A stretch of DNA of 64,000 nucleotides from the human T2T-CHM13v2.0 reference genome, Homo sapiens, in assembly GCF_009914755.1 (NCBI RefSeq), contig NC_060937.1. One strand, given 5' to 3'. This document shows positions 1-14,728 of this stretch, piece by piece (the stretch's first letter is position 1; each line of letters starts with the position of its first letter). The translations under genes and the position numbers were made by a program. The notes below the pieces were generated by a model that ran no database searches, was not told the DNA's origin, and saw nothing but the letters and a program-made list of their open reading frames with translations.

Positions 1-334
1 GCGTGACACTTAAACCCTTTAGTAGTCAGCCAAAAGTAGGAACGAGGGCGTGTTTATGAAACAGACAGCTGTCGTGAGTCCTGGTGCTCAGCTTCATTCA
101 CTAATCAGTTGTCAGTTGGCAACTTGATTACAGATAACTTCAGTGTGAGTCAGGCTCTTTTGCCACAGCTGTTTCTCTTAAAAGTTCTCCGATAAGTCAT
201 TGCCACCACTACTTCCAAATAGCGTATGTTAACTTTGAGTTAATTTTAGATAATCTCGGGTTAATTTAAACAATTTTGGCACCAACAACATGGTTAGGCT
301 AGGCAGCTTGGATGGGTATAGGAATCCGTCAATC

Positions 335-510
335 TGGGTTGCTGTGTACCAGCTCTGGGACTGGGGGCAAGTTGTAGCAGCCCTCAGCCTCCTGCTTCAC
401 CTGTATCAGGGGAGGCTGAGACCCACCTTGCAGGGGTCTTGTGAAGATTAAATGCAATGCTGTGTGAATGGTGCCTACCTTCGTGCCTGGTCTGTCAAGA
501 CCAGGCAGTT
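335..510 (+). mobile_element. MIR SINE fragment (highly diverged)
   Basis: MIR-core-like words: 'gggcaagttg...cctcagcctc...cacctgta' and 'gtgaagattaaatgcaatg...gtgcctgg'. Recognised by eye; boundaries approximate. Confidence 0.55.
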
Positions 511-984
511 TACACAAAAACACTTGATATTGACTATGAAACAAGATCCGGAAGAGAACAAATATAAATACAGATGGATCAGCTAAATGAAGGACTGTCG
601 AGTAGAAACACAAAGAGGATGTTTGTGAGTGGAGGGGGATGGATCTCCTTCTCCACCCAGCAGTGAATATCATGGGAATCTCTCTCTACCTGAATCTACC
701 TCTTATAATTCTTAAATTAAGAACCATTAGAACTCTTCTAAACTTTCTAAATACTCATTACAGTATGAAACCCTGCCCACCTCCCAGACAACTTCCTATG
801 GACATTAGCTTTTATAAACATAGGATATGTTAAGTGATGGTCTTCATTCCTCGATGTCACATTTTAAATTTATATTACTTTTTCTTCATTTTCCAAAGCT
901 CCAGCTCAGCATCTTTGTAAGCCATATATATATATATATATATATTTTAAAGTCTCTGTAGACTTTTTAATGTGTCGATTTCTA

Positions 985-1120
985 CACCCCAGCCTCAGGT
1001 AGTATAAGCTTCATGAGGACAGGAACCAGCCCTGCCTGCTCACACTGTCACCAGCATGTTCACAGGGCTGACACATGCCAGGCACTCAGGTATTAGTTGA
1101 ATAGGTAAATGGAAGACTGG
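985..1120 (+). mobile_element. L2 3'-end fragment
   Basis: 'taagcttcatgaggacaggaacc...ggcactcag...gttgaata' resembles the L2 3' terminus. Confidence 0.55.
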
Positions 1121-2189
1121 AAAATGTAGGCTGAACTGAGAACTTGTGGATAGACACACCTCAGTGATTTGTGAAAAGGAAGATTGGTCCAAAGCAATGT
1201 TTGTTAACCAAATTTTCATTATCAAAGAGGAAAAACTAAACATTCCCTAACAGAAATGAAAAAGGAATAAAATTTTTGTTAGATGATGTTGAGCTTTGAA
1301 ATGCCACCAAGGACACTTTCAATATCAAATCTTCCTCATCCCCCCAACTCCAGAAAACTAGTTTTTGCTCAGGTACTGGCTCAGTGGAAAATGTGTGGTC
1401 TGAAGCTGTAGTCTCCTAGTTTGTGAGTCTCCTTATTTTCACTGCCTGAAGGTTTGAGTCACCGTGGAAAGGGAGGAGGGGTGGTGGAGATCAGAAGTGA
1501 GGTCTGTGAACTCCAGAGTTGACTTAGGTGCAGAGAGGATGAGGTAGAACTGCTGGCAGGGAGGCCCCATCTGATCCAAGAGTGAGCTCGGCAGGCAGAA
1601 AGCACTTGGCAAAGCCCAGGGAATGGTTGGGAGAGACTGATAGACCCAGCACTCCTATTCCTTGAGGCCGGTCAGTGATGTGTATTAACCTAGGGTGGCT
1701 CTAACTTTAATGTGCCAGTGAAAGGGATCCAGCTACAACTCCACACTCCTGAGGTGGGGCCCAGTGGTCTGCATTTCTGTCAAAAATACTGCAAGGGAGC
1801 GCCAGGCTGCTCCTTCCACAGGCCATACTTTGAGAAGCATGACATTAACTCACCTGTGCATGTTATATTTGTTAAAGGGTAACTTTTCAAAAACAGGAAA
1901 AACTATCACTCATATAGATATAAATGTTAAATATTTTATTAATGAAATGAGCAGTGAGATGTTACAACCAGTTCAAAAGGGAACCCAAAGGGACAGACAC
2001 ATCTATTACTCAGAATATTGAAATAAACTGGAAATTGATGCATAAGTGGCTTTGCCACATGGAGAAGGATTGGCTTTCCAAGGCAGGTTGATTTGCATGT
2101 TTATAAACAAGAATCATTTGCATTATCAGTTCTTTTCAACTTCACATACCATAAAACAGGTGAAAGGCTAGACTAGAAAACCTTAAAGG

Positions 2190-2471
2190 GGCTGGGTGCA
2201 GTGGCTCACTCCTGTTATCCCAGCACTTTGGGGGGTTGAGGTAGACAGATCTCTTGACCCCAGGATTTCGAGACCAGCCTGAGCAACATAGACCCTCTCT
2301 CTACAAAAAAAGTTTCCAAAAATTACCTGAGCATGATGGCATGAGCCTGTAGTCCCAGCTACTCAGGAAGCTGAGGTGGGAGAATCCCTTGAGCCAGGGA
2401 AGTGGAGGTTGCTGTGAGCCAGGATCATACCCTTGCATTCCAGTCTGGGTGATGGAGATCCTATCTCAAAA
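2190..2471 (+). mobile_element. Alu (old, AluJ-like)
   Basis: Starts 'ggctgggtgcagtggctcac', has two arms with an A-rich linker and ends 'atctcaaaa'; J-type 'cttgagccagg'. Confidence 0.9.
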
Positions 2472-2681
2472 GTCTGAAGGAGTGTGATCTAAACAATGTA
2501 GTGTTTCCACCGAAGCACAGATGTTTTTCCTGTGATTTGTAGTGATTGGCATTTTTAAACTGCAGATTCCTGTCCATATTAACTTGACAGTTTGTAATAA
2601 CTGCTTGAGATTAGCAGTTTGTCTTTCTTCAGTTAATTGTCATATTTAGCTCCTCTGTGTAATATGAGAAAGTAATGAGAA

Positions 2682-2975
<294 letters not shown>

Positions 2976-3394
2976 CATGAGAGCTCTTAAATAGAATTTC
3001 CATCTATAAAAAGTAGGTACTGTCAGTATTCCCCTCACATAGGTTTATGAAGAAGTCATTTTAAAAAGAGAACCCCTGTAATTGATCAGGGACCCCATCT
3101 GCCTTCTCTGTGGGCCTAGGATAAATTCTTTTGATTGTTTACGTCTATTTGGTGTAAAAAGATCTGTAATTAAAATATACCATTGCGTTATCCATAATAG
3201 CCAAAAGGTGGAAGCAAGCCAAGAGTCTATCTGCAAATGAATAAACAAAATATGGTATATATACACTATATGCAGTAGAATACTATTCAGGCTTACAGAG
3301 AAAGGCAATTCTGACACATGCTACACCATGGATGAACATGGAAGACATTATGCCACATGAAATAAACCAGTCACCAAAGAACAAGTATTTTATG

Positions 3395-4388
3395 TGATCA
3401 GCTTCTTGATAATCTCCAAAATAGCCACCTTAGCATATTGAATGTTTGAAGCTGAAGGAATCTCAGAAATGATAGGAAGGACACTCTGACCTTCTCACCC
3501 TCTTCTCTGATGCAGGTCACAAGGCCCTTGGGTGAGAGGTGCCGTCCCTGTCCCTGGAGGAAGGAGCATCCTTGTCTCTTAAGATAACGCTGAGAGGAAT
3601 CTGAATGATAGGTCCTGCTGTTCCTCCCAGTTTACTACACTTAGCTCCTAACCCTTTTTGTCCTCTCACAATTTTCTGCTTCTCTCCACTTTTTATCAAA
3701 CTGTTAAAAATTATGGGAGGCCATTCTTTTGGGCTGAGCTCCTGCACTAGCCTTCAACAGATCAGACCAAACCAAAATGGAATTACTTATGCTAAATGCT
3801 GTGTCATCAAACTGAAACTTTAAGGAAGCAGATCCCCAAACAGACCAGTTTTTCCTGAAAACATGAGATTCCAGTCTACTTAAATCAGTGGAAGAAGGAA
3901 GTGCCCTCTGCTTTAACCATTACAAAAAAGTAACTGAAGTAGCTTGATGTTAACCAATCAGGTTTTTCTATTCTGTTTCCTTGTTGCTACCTCATAAAAC
4001 CGGTGGTTCTGCTATTGCCCAGTGGGAACTCTCATTCTGTTTTGTAGAGTGGAAGGTGCCCAGATTCATGAATCATGAATAAAAGCCAATTAAATCTATA
4101 AATTTGTTGTAGTCCTCTGATAATATAAAACCTAATTTGTTGTAATTTAGTCTTTTGACAAACCTAATATAAAAAGACATATGTTTAACTGTTTCTTCAG
4201 GTCTTTATTTCCTTACAAAGGCTCCTAGTTATATCAAGTTACTTCCAGAAAAGTCAATTTTTTCTGTGTCATATAAAACTTATGTTAAGTAAATGTGTAT
4301 GATTTTCTCTTGTTAATCTGTCTTTTGTTACAAGATCCCCAGCCAAGAAATTAGAAGGGTGGAGGAAAAATATTTTTCCTCCCTTATA
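3395..4388 (+). mobile_element. ERV1 solo LTR, MER34/MER39-like, containing a nested second LTR
   Basis: Begins TG and ends '...atatttttcctcccttata' (CA>TA). Flanked by the 4-bp duplication TATG at 3391-3394 and 4389-4392. Terminal motif resembles MER34/39. Confidence 0.65.
3702..4160 (+). mobile_element. Nested ERV1-type solo LTR (family not certain)
   Basis: TGTT...GACA termini; 'gggaggccatt...gctcctgcactag...agaccaaaccaaaatgg' is an LTR-type 5' end; AATAAA at ~4078. Confidence 0.55.
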
Positions 4389-4450
4389 TATGATTCCACT
4401 TATATGAGATATCTAGATCAGTAAAATTCATAGAAACAAAGTAGAATGAT

Positions 4451-4746
4451 AGTCAGGCTCAGTGGCTCATTCCTGTAATCCCAACATCTTGGAAGGATAA
4501 GGCAGGAAGATCACTTCAGCCCAAGAGTTCAAGACCAGGCTAGACAACATAGAGAGACCTCATCTCTACTTTAAAAAGAAAAGTCAGGTGTGGTGGAACA
4601 TACCTGTAGTCCCAACTACTGGGGAGGCTGAGGTGGGTTGGATCACTCGAATCTGGGAGTTCAAGCTTTCAGTGAACTATGATCATGCCACTGTACTCCA
4701 ACCTGGGCGACAGAGAGACCCTGTCAGAAAAAAGAAAAAAAAAAAG
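4451..4746 (+). mobile_element. Alu (AluJ-like)
   Basis: Two arms; ends 'gagaccctgtcagaaaaaagaaaaaaaaaaa'. Confidence 0.9.
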
Positions 4747-4924
4747 GTAGTTTGGTGGTTGCCAGAGGCTGGGGTAGAGAGGAATGAGGGCTTATTGCTT
4801 ACTGGGTACAGAGTTTCACTTCGGGATGATGAAAATGTTCTGGAGATGGATGGTGGTGATGGTTGTACAACAACATGAATGCACTTAATGCCAATAACTG
4901 CACACTTAAGACTGGTTAAAATAG

Positions 4925-5250
<326 letters not shown>

Positions 5251-5299
5251 TACTATGATAGACATTTTATAAGCACCATTTACCATTTGATCACCTATT

Positions 5300-5430
5300 A
5301 AATGCTAAAGGCTGTACATACATTTCACTAATCCTTAGAACAACTTTGTTCAGTAAAAATTATTCCTGGTTTACAGAGGAGAAAACTGAGGCTCAGAAAG
5401 GCTACTCATTTATTTGAAGTCTCACAGCCT
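5300..5430 (-). mobile_element. MIR fragment
   Basis: 'tttacagaggagaaaactgaggctcagaaagg' is the MIR core signature. Confidence 0.7.
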
Positions 5431-5827
5431 TCATAATGTTATTCATGCACTCTTTATGCCCTAGATAGTTGGAGAAATTACAGGGGAGAATCTCAGAAAT
5501 AACTAAAATAATTGAAGATGTAATCAAGAAACAAAAGTACAGTGTTTGAATAGAGACCAACTAAAGACAGCTGGGACTGGTTCAGTCTGCCTATAATTGA
5601 AAGGTAAATCACTAGGAAAGGGAAGGAGTCTCTGGGTTTCAAGATGAAATAGAAGTCACGAGAACTCTATAAATTTCAATTCAAGTTCACTGAAGAGAGC
5701 TAGGAGTCAGCTACTGTTTGCTACAGATAATATTCAGTAAGGAGCTAACTGCTAATGCACTGGCCTGGGGAAGTGTTTAATGTCAAATAGAAACCAACAC
5801 TAGTAAAATACTTCCAGGAGGTAAGAA

Positions 5828-6124
5828 TTTTTTTTTTTTTTTTGAGACAGGGTCTTGCTCTGGCCCACAGGCTGGAGTGCAGTGGCATGATCTTGGCTCA
5901 CTGCAACCTCCACTTCCTGAGTTCAAGCAATTCTCCTGCCTCAGCCTCCCTAGTAGCTGAGATTACAGGCACACACCACGACACCCGGCTGATTTTTCTA
6001 TTTTTAGTAGAGTCGCGGTTTCACCATGTTGGCCAGGCTGGTCTTGAACTCTCGACCTCAGGTGATCCTCCCCCCTTGGCCTCTCAAAATACTGGGATTA
6101 CAGGTGTGAGCCACGGCCCCTGGC
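5828..6124 (-). mobile_element. Alu (AluS-like)
   Basis: Poly-T followed by a full antisense Alu with 'gacctcaggtgatcc'. Confidence 0.95.
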
Positions 6125-7599
6125 TGCTGCTCCTTTTTTTGTAATGGAACTGGGAGATCTTTAGGAATGAGGGAAATGATCGTTTCTTTGAATAAGGCAG
6201 AATACTAAAGACTAGCCAGCCCTCAGGCTCATGGTGGTTGCTGCTATTCTGTTGAACGTGAACCATAGCCTTTAGAAAGGAGCAAGTCTTTGTGGAAGAC
6301 ACAGGATTTGAAGTGCAACAAAGGGGTGGAAACCGAGCTGACCATGATACCTTCAAGTGAGTTTTTCCACTGAATTTGATTATTTTCTCATTTGGCACTT
6401 CTTTCTGGGTTTTTTAAGCAGCCCAAAAACTCTAGGTGATTTTACTTTTGTAATTGTATTCTCTTGGGAATGCTCATTCCTGATTCCTCCTTACACCAAA
6501 TAGGTGTGTAACCTTCTTGTTTCTGCCCATAATAATTCTGGAGTCTTTAAACAAAACGACTGTGACTTTTCATGATGAGTAGAAGATAGGTTTTACTCAT
6601 GCTACAATCAATATTAATTCCTCAGTTCAAAGACACTGAGGCCCTGTCTAATAATATAGAAGTTGAACTTGGACTTGGGAGATGACTCCTGCTTCTCGTA
6701 CTCTCTGTGGCTCTGCTTTCTATTATTTTACTCATAAGCTTGTTTTGTCTCCTTGCTGAGAATTGTCAAGCATGAAATGTAATTTCAGGTTATAGTGAAG
6801 AAAGATGACATAGGCAGAAGAAATTGGCAATCATTTGGCCTGTACATGTTGCTTTTTGTTTTTTTTCTGGACTTAAGATATAGACCACATCTTGGCATTT
6901 CTGGCCTTTGAGTCTTTCACAACTGTTATTATAATGCATTAGCTCTTCTAGAAGTTAGAAGTGACTTTGGATTAAGTCTTTCATAAGGTGGCTAAATGAA
7001 TTTATATGGCTCATCACAATTCACTAGATTGGTAAAGCAGGAAATTTACAGAGATTTTTTTCTTTGCTGTAAATGTTTTTCTAAATTGAAAAACTTCTAA
7101 TACTGTCTTCTGGAGTAGTCCTATAAATAAGTGCAAGTGATTGTTTTTGGCAGGAGGCCACATAAACATTTCTGCTTCTCTGTGCCTTATGGGTAGCATT
7201 CATATAAATTGTTAAAAATAATGATTGTAGATAGATAATGTTTCAGAGTTTGGGCTCAGCCGCGGTAGCTGCTGTTGACCCAGAGGGACCACTGGGATCC
7301 TCACATCTCAGGGCAGCACATCGTTTGCAGCAATGGTTGCTTCTATGCAACCTTTTATGAAATTAGGTGAGGCCCTTGCTTAGAATTTTTTAAAAGCTTA
7401 ATATGAGTTTATATCTCTTTAAATATCAGTTTCTAATATTTTTTTAAAGGCCTATGTTTACAACAAATTTGGGAGATACCTATATGCACTACTAACTAGT
7501 GTTCTTTTGTGGTGCTTTAGAAATTCTGGCTTACTTGTATTTTTGCTGGCCTTCTAATGATTTCACTCATCAATCAGAAGATATTTGTGTCCACCTCCC

Positions 7600-9780
7600 T
7601 GCTTCCTCTCTGGTGATCTTGTCTATTCTTGGCCATTTTAGAGTTGACTTAGCAGCCTTCACAAAACTGATTGGAATTTCCACTGGGATTAAATTGATAG
7701 GTCATTTTTGGGAGACCTTTGCAATATTGAACTTTCCAATCCGTGAACTTTACTTATCTGCCCATTTATTATGTTTGTTTTTGGTAGATTACATAATTAT
7801 ATGATCACTCCAAAAATTACCTTGCCCTTTATTGTAAAACCTTCCATTGTAAACTTCTGGCAATCACTGATCTGTGTTCCTCTAGCATTGCTTTTTTTTC
7901 AGAATTTTATACAAATGGAATCGTTCAGGATGTAGCCTTTTGAGTCTGGCTACTTTCATGTACTGCATCAACAGTTATTCCTTTTTATTGCCAAATAGTA
8001 ATCCATTGTATAAATACTACATGGTTTGCTTATTGGTTTGTCATTGGAGGAATATGGACTATTTTCACTTTTTGGTAAATTATAAGTGGATTGGAATTCA
8101 CAAAGTGCTTTTTGTCTGAGCATAGGTTTTCATTTCACTTGTGCAAATGCCTAAGGGTAGGATTGCCGAGTCACATGGTCCGTGTACGTTTGACTTTATG
8201 AGAACCTGCCAAATTGTCTTCCAAAGTGCTGTGCCACTTCTGTTTCTTTAATAAACACAGGGGTATTCAAGCTGTCTGTTTCTTCTTGAGTTTTGGTAGT
8301 CTGTCTTTCAAGGAATTGATCTATTTCACCTAATTTGTAGAATTTAGAAGCATATAGTTGTTTGTTTTGTTTTTGTAGTATCCATTATAGCCTTCTAGTG
8401 TCTACAGGATTTGTAATAATATTCCTTTCATTTCTGGTATTGGCAATTTGTGTTTTCTCTTCTTCCTTTGTCAGTCTGCTAGAGGCTTCCTCATTTGATT
8501 GATTTCCACCTCCCACCACCCCTGCAAAGAACCAAATTTGGATTTCGTTGAATTTTTTTCCTTTACTGTTTTTGTTTAAATATTACTGATTTAGTCTGTT
8601 TTTCTTATGCCTGATTAGAGTTTATTTGGTTCTTTTTTTACTTAAAGTAAATGCTTACATTATTGATTTGGTGCTTCATTTCTCATAATTTAGAGCTATA
8701 AATTGCCCTGTAAGCACATATTTTGATAAGATGATGTCATATTTATTAAGTTCAAACTGTTTTCCAATTTGCCTTAAGATACTCTCTTTGACCTATGGGC
8801 CATTTAGAAGTACGCCATTTAACTTCTCATATTTGGGAATGTTCTAGGAATGTTCTAGATTCCTAGTTTAATTCTGTCATCAGAGAAAATAATTCACTGA
8901 ATTTTAATTGTTTAACTTTAGGGTTTGTTTTATGACTCAGAATATGATCTCTCACCACCGCCATCCAGATAATTCTTCAGGTTTTGACGTTTCCCAACCT
9001 GTCTGCTGGTTACTTTTCAGAGTACTTGGGTCATTGCTATTTATATTTTGTCCAGAGTTTCAAATTGTGATCAGTGGAAATGACAGGCCGTAGCATGCAT
9101 ACGCCATCCTGGCCAGCATCACAGGTGGTCAGTATATCTTTCTGTTGTTGTTTTGAGACAGAGTCTCACTCTGTTGCCCAGGTTGGAGCACAGTGGCATG
9201 ATCAGGGATCACTGCATTCTCAACCTGCTAGGCTCAAGTGATCCTCCCACCTCAGCCTCCCGAATAGCTGGGTCTATAGGTGTGCTGCCATGCCCAGCTA
9301 ATTTTTGTATTTTTTATAAAGACGGGATTTTGCCTTGTTCCCAGGCTGGTCTCAAACTCCTGAGCTCAGGCCATCCTCTCACTCGGGCCTCCCAAACTAC
9401 TAGGATTATAGGTATGACCACAACACCTGGCTAGTACATCTTAAAAATAATTTCTGATCCATGTTGAATAATGATGGCTTGTAAATATTTTTTCTTGCAC
9501 TTGCCTTATTGGGTTTTGATATCAAGGTTATTTTTATTTTAACCTTGTAAAATGAACTGGGGAATCTTCTTTCTTTATTCTCTGTTTGTGTTAGTGGAAG
9601 AGTTTTTTTTTTTGTTTGGTTGGTTGGTTTGTTTCTCTTGTATGTTTCATGGAACTTTTTGGTGAAGGCACTTGGGCCTGGAAATTTCTTTATGGGAAGT
9701 TTTTTCATTACTGATTCAATATATTTAATCTATGTAAGTTTTTTTCTACTTTTTGAGTGAATTTTGATTTTTTTCCTAGA
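7600..9780 (-). mobile_element. Fragments of ancient L1 (L1M/L1ME-type), interrupted by an Alu
   Basis: T-rich sequence with L1-like words ('aactttccaatccgtgaac', 'ggcaatcactgatctg', 'gtgaaggcacttgggcctgg'); the ORF at 9406-9708 translates to L1 ORF2-like 'KKFPGPSAFT'. Boundaries approximate. Confidence 0.55.
9145..9431 (-). mobile_element. Alu (AluJ-like)
   Basis: 'gagacagagtctcactctgttgcccagg...ggctcaagtgatcctcccacctcagcc'. Confidence 0.9.
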
Positions 9781-9794
9781 AATTCATATGTCAC

Positions 9795-10103
<309 letters not shown>

Positions 10104-10107
10104 TTAA

Positions 10108-10479
<372 letters not shown>

Positions 10480-10583
10480 TAGTACAGTCCTCCTGTGCAA
10501 GATTGTTTTTTGACTGCTTTTTCTTGACAAATCTTGCTAAAGGTCTGTGAATTTTATAATGTATTTTTAAAGAGCCAGATTTT

Positions 10584-10745
10584 AGCAGGGCATGGTGGCT
10601 CATACCTGTAATCCCAGCACTTTGAGAGGCAAAGGTGGGAAGATCGCTTGAGCCTGTAAGGGGGAGGCTGTACTAAGCTGTGATTGAGCCACTACACTCC
10701 AGCCTGGACAACAGAATGAGACCCTATCTGAAAACCAAAAAAAAC
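10584..10745 (+). mobile_element. Monomer-length Alu (FRAM-like or internally recombined)
   Basis: A left-arm start joined to a right-arm end within ~160 bp. Confidence 0.75.
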
Positions 10746-10870
10746 ACAAGTTTTAGCTTGGCTGATTCTATTGTGTGTTTCTTTTGTATTTCATTTGTTT
10801 GTTATGTTTTTCCTTTTTCTTTCTTTGAATTTAACTTGTTCTTTGTCTGATTTATTGACTGATGCTTAGG

Positions 10871-11152
10871 TTTTTTTTTTTTGTTTGTTTGTTTGTTTTG
10901 AGACGTAATCTCACTCTTTCACCAGGCTGGAGTGCAGTGGCACAATCTCGGCTCAAGCAATTCTCCTGCCTAAGCCTCCCGAGTAGCTGGGACTACAGGT
11001 GTGCGCCACCACACCCAGCTAATTTTTGTATTTTTAGTAGAGATGGGGTTTTACCATGTTGGGCAGGATTGTCTCGATCTCTTGACCTCATGATCCACCT
11101 GCCTTGGCCTCCCAAAGTGCTGGGATTACAGGCGTGAGCCACTGTACCCGGT
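10871..11152 (-). mobile_element. Alu (AluS-like, short internal deletion)
   Basis: (TTTG)n tail; 'atctcggctcaagcaattctcc' lacks the usual 'ctgcaacctccgcctcccgggt' segment. Confidence 0.92.
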
Positions 11153-11212
11153 CTGTTGATGTTTTTTCCAAGTTCCTTTTCTAATGTTCTCATTTAAGAC
11201 TATAAATTTCCC

Positions 11213-11431
11213 CATCCTGGACAACATGGTGAAACTTTATCTCTACCAAACACACAAAAAATTAGCCAGGCGTAGTGGTGTGAGCCTGTGGTCCCAGCTA
11301 CTCGGGAGGCTGAGGAGGGAGGCTCACTTGAGCCCAGGAGGTGGAGGGTAGTAAGCCAAGATTGTGCTACTGCACTCCAGCCGGGGTGACAGAGTGAGAC
11401 CCCATCTCAAAAAAAAAAAAAAAAAAATAAA
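11213..11431 (+). mobile_element. 5'-truncated Alu with target-site duplication
   Basis: Flanks 'aagactataaatttccc' (~11196) and 'aagactatcattttccc' (~11430) form a diverged ~17-bp TSD. Confidence 0.88.
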
Positions 11432-11627
11432 GACTATCATTTTCCCCTTATGAATGGATTTAATTATATCCTACAGTTTTTAATATGTAGAATTGATGAT
11501 GAATTTGCCTTATTTTATCTTCAAGCTATGGGCTATTTAAAAGTATACTTTTAGAAAGTTTCTAAAATTGTTACCAGAAATTATGATCTCTCCACTTTCT
11601 TTGAAATTTTTTACTTGTTTTAACACT

Positions 11628-11686
11628 CGTCTATATGGTTAATTTTTGAACTTGTCCGTCTATATGGTTAATTTTTGAACTTGTCC
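11628..11686. repeat. Perfect 29-bp tandem duplication
   Basis: cgtctatatggttaatttttgaacttgtc occurs twice in tandem. Confidence 0.95.
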
Positions 11687-12036
11687 ACAGTTTCTTGAAG
11701 GGAAGTCTATTTCTGCAGTTAAATCTCATGTTCTGTATGTGTGTATTGAGTCTATTTTTTCATAATTTTAAATCTTCATCCTCCCTAATTATTTTTATAC
11801 TTTATTTACTGAGAGATATATTAAATATCCTACTAGAAGCATGGATTTGTCTGTCTCCTCATCTGTCAACTTTTGCTTTTTGAGGCTGTACTTGGGTGCA
11901 TATGATTCAAAAAATATATATCTTTTTTTAATTTGAACTTTTATCAAAATGAAATGTTTTCCTTCATTTATGTATGCTTTCAACATTATGTATGATATAG
12001 CTATAGTAACTGGTTAGACTTTGCACTGTGTATCTT

Positions 12037-12038
<2 letters not shown>

Positions 12039-12075
<37 letters not shown>

Positions 12076-12345
12076 TCCACTGTGCTGCCCAGGCTATAGT
12101 GCAGGGGCTGTTCACAGACGTGTCTGTGGCTCCCTGCTGCCTTAAACTCCTGGGCTCAAATGATCCTCCTACCTCAGTCTTTAGAGTGATGTGTGCCACC
12201 ACTGCCAAATAATTGTTTTTATTTCTTTAGAGATAGAATTTGGCTATATTGCCCAGGCTGGTCTTGAGTTCTTGGTCTCAAGTGATCCTCTCACCTCTGC
12301 TTCCTGAGTCACTGGGATTACAGGCATGTGCCGCCAAGTCCGGCT
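12039..12345 (-). mobile_element. FLAM-like monomer plus FAM-like monomer with a (TG)n tail
   Basis: 12075-12208 carries the FAM/7SL-type 'gtgcaggggctgttcacagacg'; 12215-12345 is a left-monomer type; (TG)n at 12039-12072. Confidence 0.65.
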
Positions 12346-13609
12346 CCTCTGATACATATTTTAATACCTTTTAAAATCATTCTATATCTTTGTATTTTAA
12401 ATATGACTTATAAATAGCATGGAATGGGATTTTAACAATTTATCCATCTTTAACTGGATTACTTAGTCCATTTGCATGTATTTGTATTCTGACATACTTA
12501 GATTCTGTATAGATGGTGAGTGGTGTGTATGTACATGCATGTGTGTTTGTGTCATTTTGTCACTTTCTATTTATCCTACTTATGTTTCTTTTTTCCTTTC
12601 TTGCCTTCTTTTCAATTGGTGGGATTTTTTTTCTTCTCTAGTCATTTTAAGTTAGTCTTTGTTTATATTCTTTTAGTAACTGTCATGCTAATTTAAATGT
12701 GCATATTTAAGTTATGAAAGTTGAAAATTTATCCTCCTCCTGGGTGATAGGATAACTTAGGAATACTTTCATTGCATTAAACTCCTCTTGAGTTATGCTA
12801 CAACAGTATATTTTCAACTTTTTGTTTTGACATAATTGCAGATTCACAGGTGCTTTTAAGAAATAATATAAAGAAATCCAATATAGTCTTCACTCAGTTT
12901 CTCCCAATGGTAACGTCTTGCATAACTACCTTGTTCAGATTTCACCAGTTTTATGTGCACTTTTAGGTTTTTTTGTGTATTTAGTTCTATGAAATTTTAT
13001 CGTGTACATAGATTAGATACCTAACCACCATCACCATCGTCAAGATACAGAACAGTTCCATCAGAAGGATGGATCCCTTGTGCTACCCATTTTATAGTCA
13101 CAAACACGTTCCTCACTCCCTGACCCCTGGCAACCACTAATGGGTTTTTCATCTCTGTGACTTTATTTCAAGAACACATGTAAATGAAACCACACACTGT
13201 CTAATATTTTGAGATTGAGTTTTTTTATTCAGCATAATTATCTTGTGACCCATCAAAGTTGTTTTCATATATTTTATCATTTTTCTTTTTATATTTCATG
13301 GGACATTACTTCTATTGTTTTATACATTTCACATTTGTTTAGTTTTATCCATATATTCACCTGTCTTTTTCCTGCTCTTCATTTCTTCTTATATCCCAGA
13401 TCTTCCACTTGGGATCATTTTCCTCCTGTCTGAAATCTTTTAGTATCTGTTTAGTAATGGTTTCCTTGGGCGAGCTCCCTCAATTTCTGCACATTTTAAG
13501 CTCTATTATGTTAGTCTCGTACTTAATTTTTTTTTTTGTGGTATAAGAGGCATACAGGTAAGGAGATCATGAATGTACAACTCAAAATTTTCACATAGTT
13601 AACACCTAA

Positions 13610-13957
<348 letters not shown>

Positions 13958-14202
13958 TGATTTTTTACACTATAGATTAGTTTTCCTATTATTCGCTTTA
14001 TAAATGGGATCTTTTCTTTTGGCTGCTTTTCTCAGCTTTAGGCTTGTGAGCTCTATCCATGGTGTTGCACATGGCAGTGGTTTGTTTATTGTTGTGTGCA
14101 CTCAGCTTTACTAATATTGCACAATATGTTTATCTGTTCTGCTGTTGGCTGACATTCAGGTTCTTCCAAGCTTGGGTCCATTATGAGTAATGCCATTATA
14201 AA

Positions 14203-14203
<1 letters not shown>

Positions 14204-14257
<54 letters not shown>

Positions 14258-14541
14258 TTTGGAGATGGAGTCTTGCTCTTGTCACCCAGGCTGGAGTGCA
14301 ATGGCACAATCTCAACTCACTGCAACCTCCACCTCCTGGGTTCAAGCAATTCTCCCTGCCTCGGCCTCCCAAGAAGCTGGGATTACAGGTGCCCACCACC
14401 ACGCCTGGCTAATTTTTTTTTAGTAGAGACGGGGTTTTACCATGTTGGTCGGGCTGGTCTCGAACTCCTGACCTCAGATGATCTGCCTGCCTCGGCCTCC
14501 CAAGGTGCTGGAATTGCAGGCATGAGCCAATGTTCCCGGCC
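14204..14541 (-). mobile_element. Alu (AluS-like) with a (CTTT)n tail microsatellite
   Basis: (CTTT)n at 14204-14260 followed by a full antisense Alu. Confidence 0.95.
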
Positions 14542-14728
14542 CTGAACTTTCTTGTCCTTACCTTTTGGTGCACACGTGTGTACTTTAATTTGATCTGTGT
14601 CTGGGAGTGCAAGTGCTTTATAGAGCATGTGTACAGTTTTAGGAGATACTGCTAAAAATTTTGCAGTGGCTGTATCAGTTTACACTCTGCCAGCTGTTGA
14701 TGAAGGTTCCAGTTGTTTCCCATCCTTC

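Larger units (their letters stand above)
3180..4924 (+). mobile_element. Old L1 (L1M/L1MB-type) 3' end, split by an LTR (3395-4388) and an Alu (4451-4746)
   Basis: Colinear L1M 3' pieces: 'ataatagccaaaaggtggaagcaa...gacacatgctacaccatggatgaac...aaccagtcac' (3180-3394), 'tatgattccacttatatgag' (from 4389) and 'gtggttgccagaggctgggg...gttctggagatggatggtggtgatggttgtacaac' (4750-4924). Confidence 0.8.

Noticed and set aside
5700-7400. Possible exon or conserved element (donor-like 'GAG/gtaaga' at ~5820; non-repetitive stretch 6130-7400)
   Set aside because: I could not establish a recognisable protein match or a convincing acceptor/ORF; a database search would be needed.
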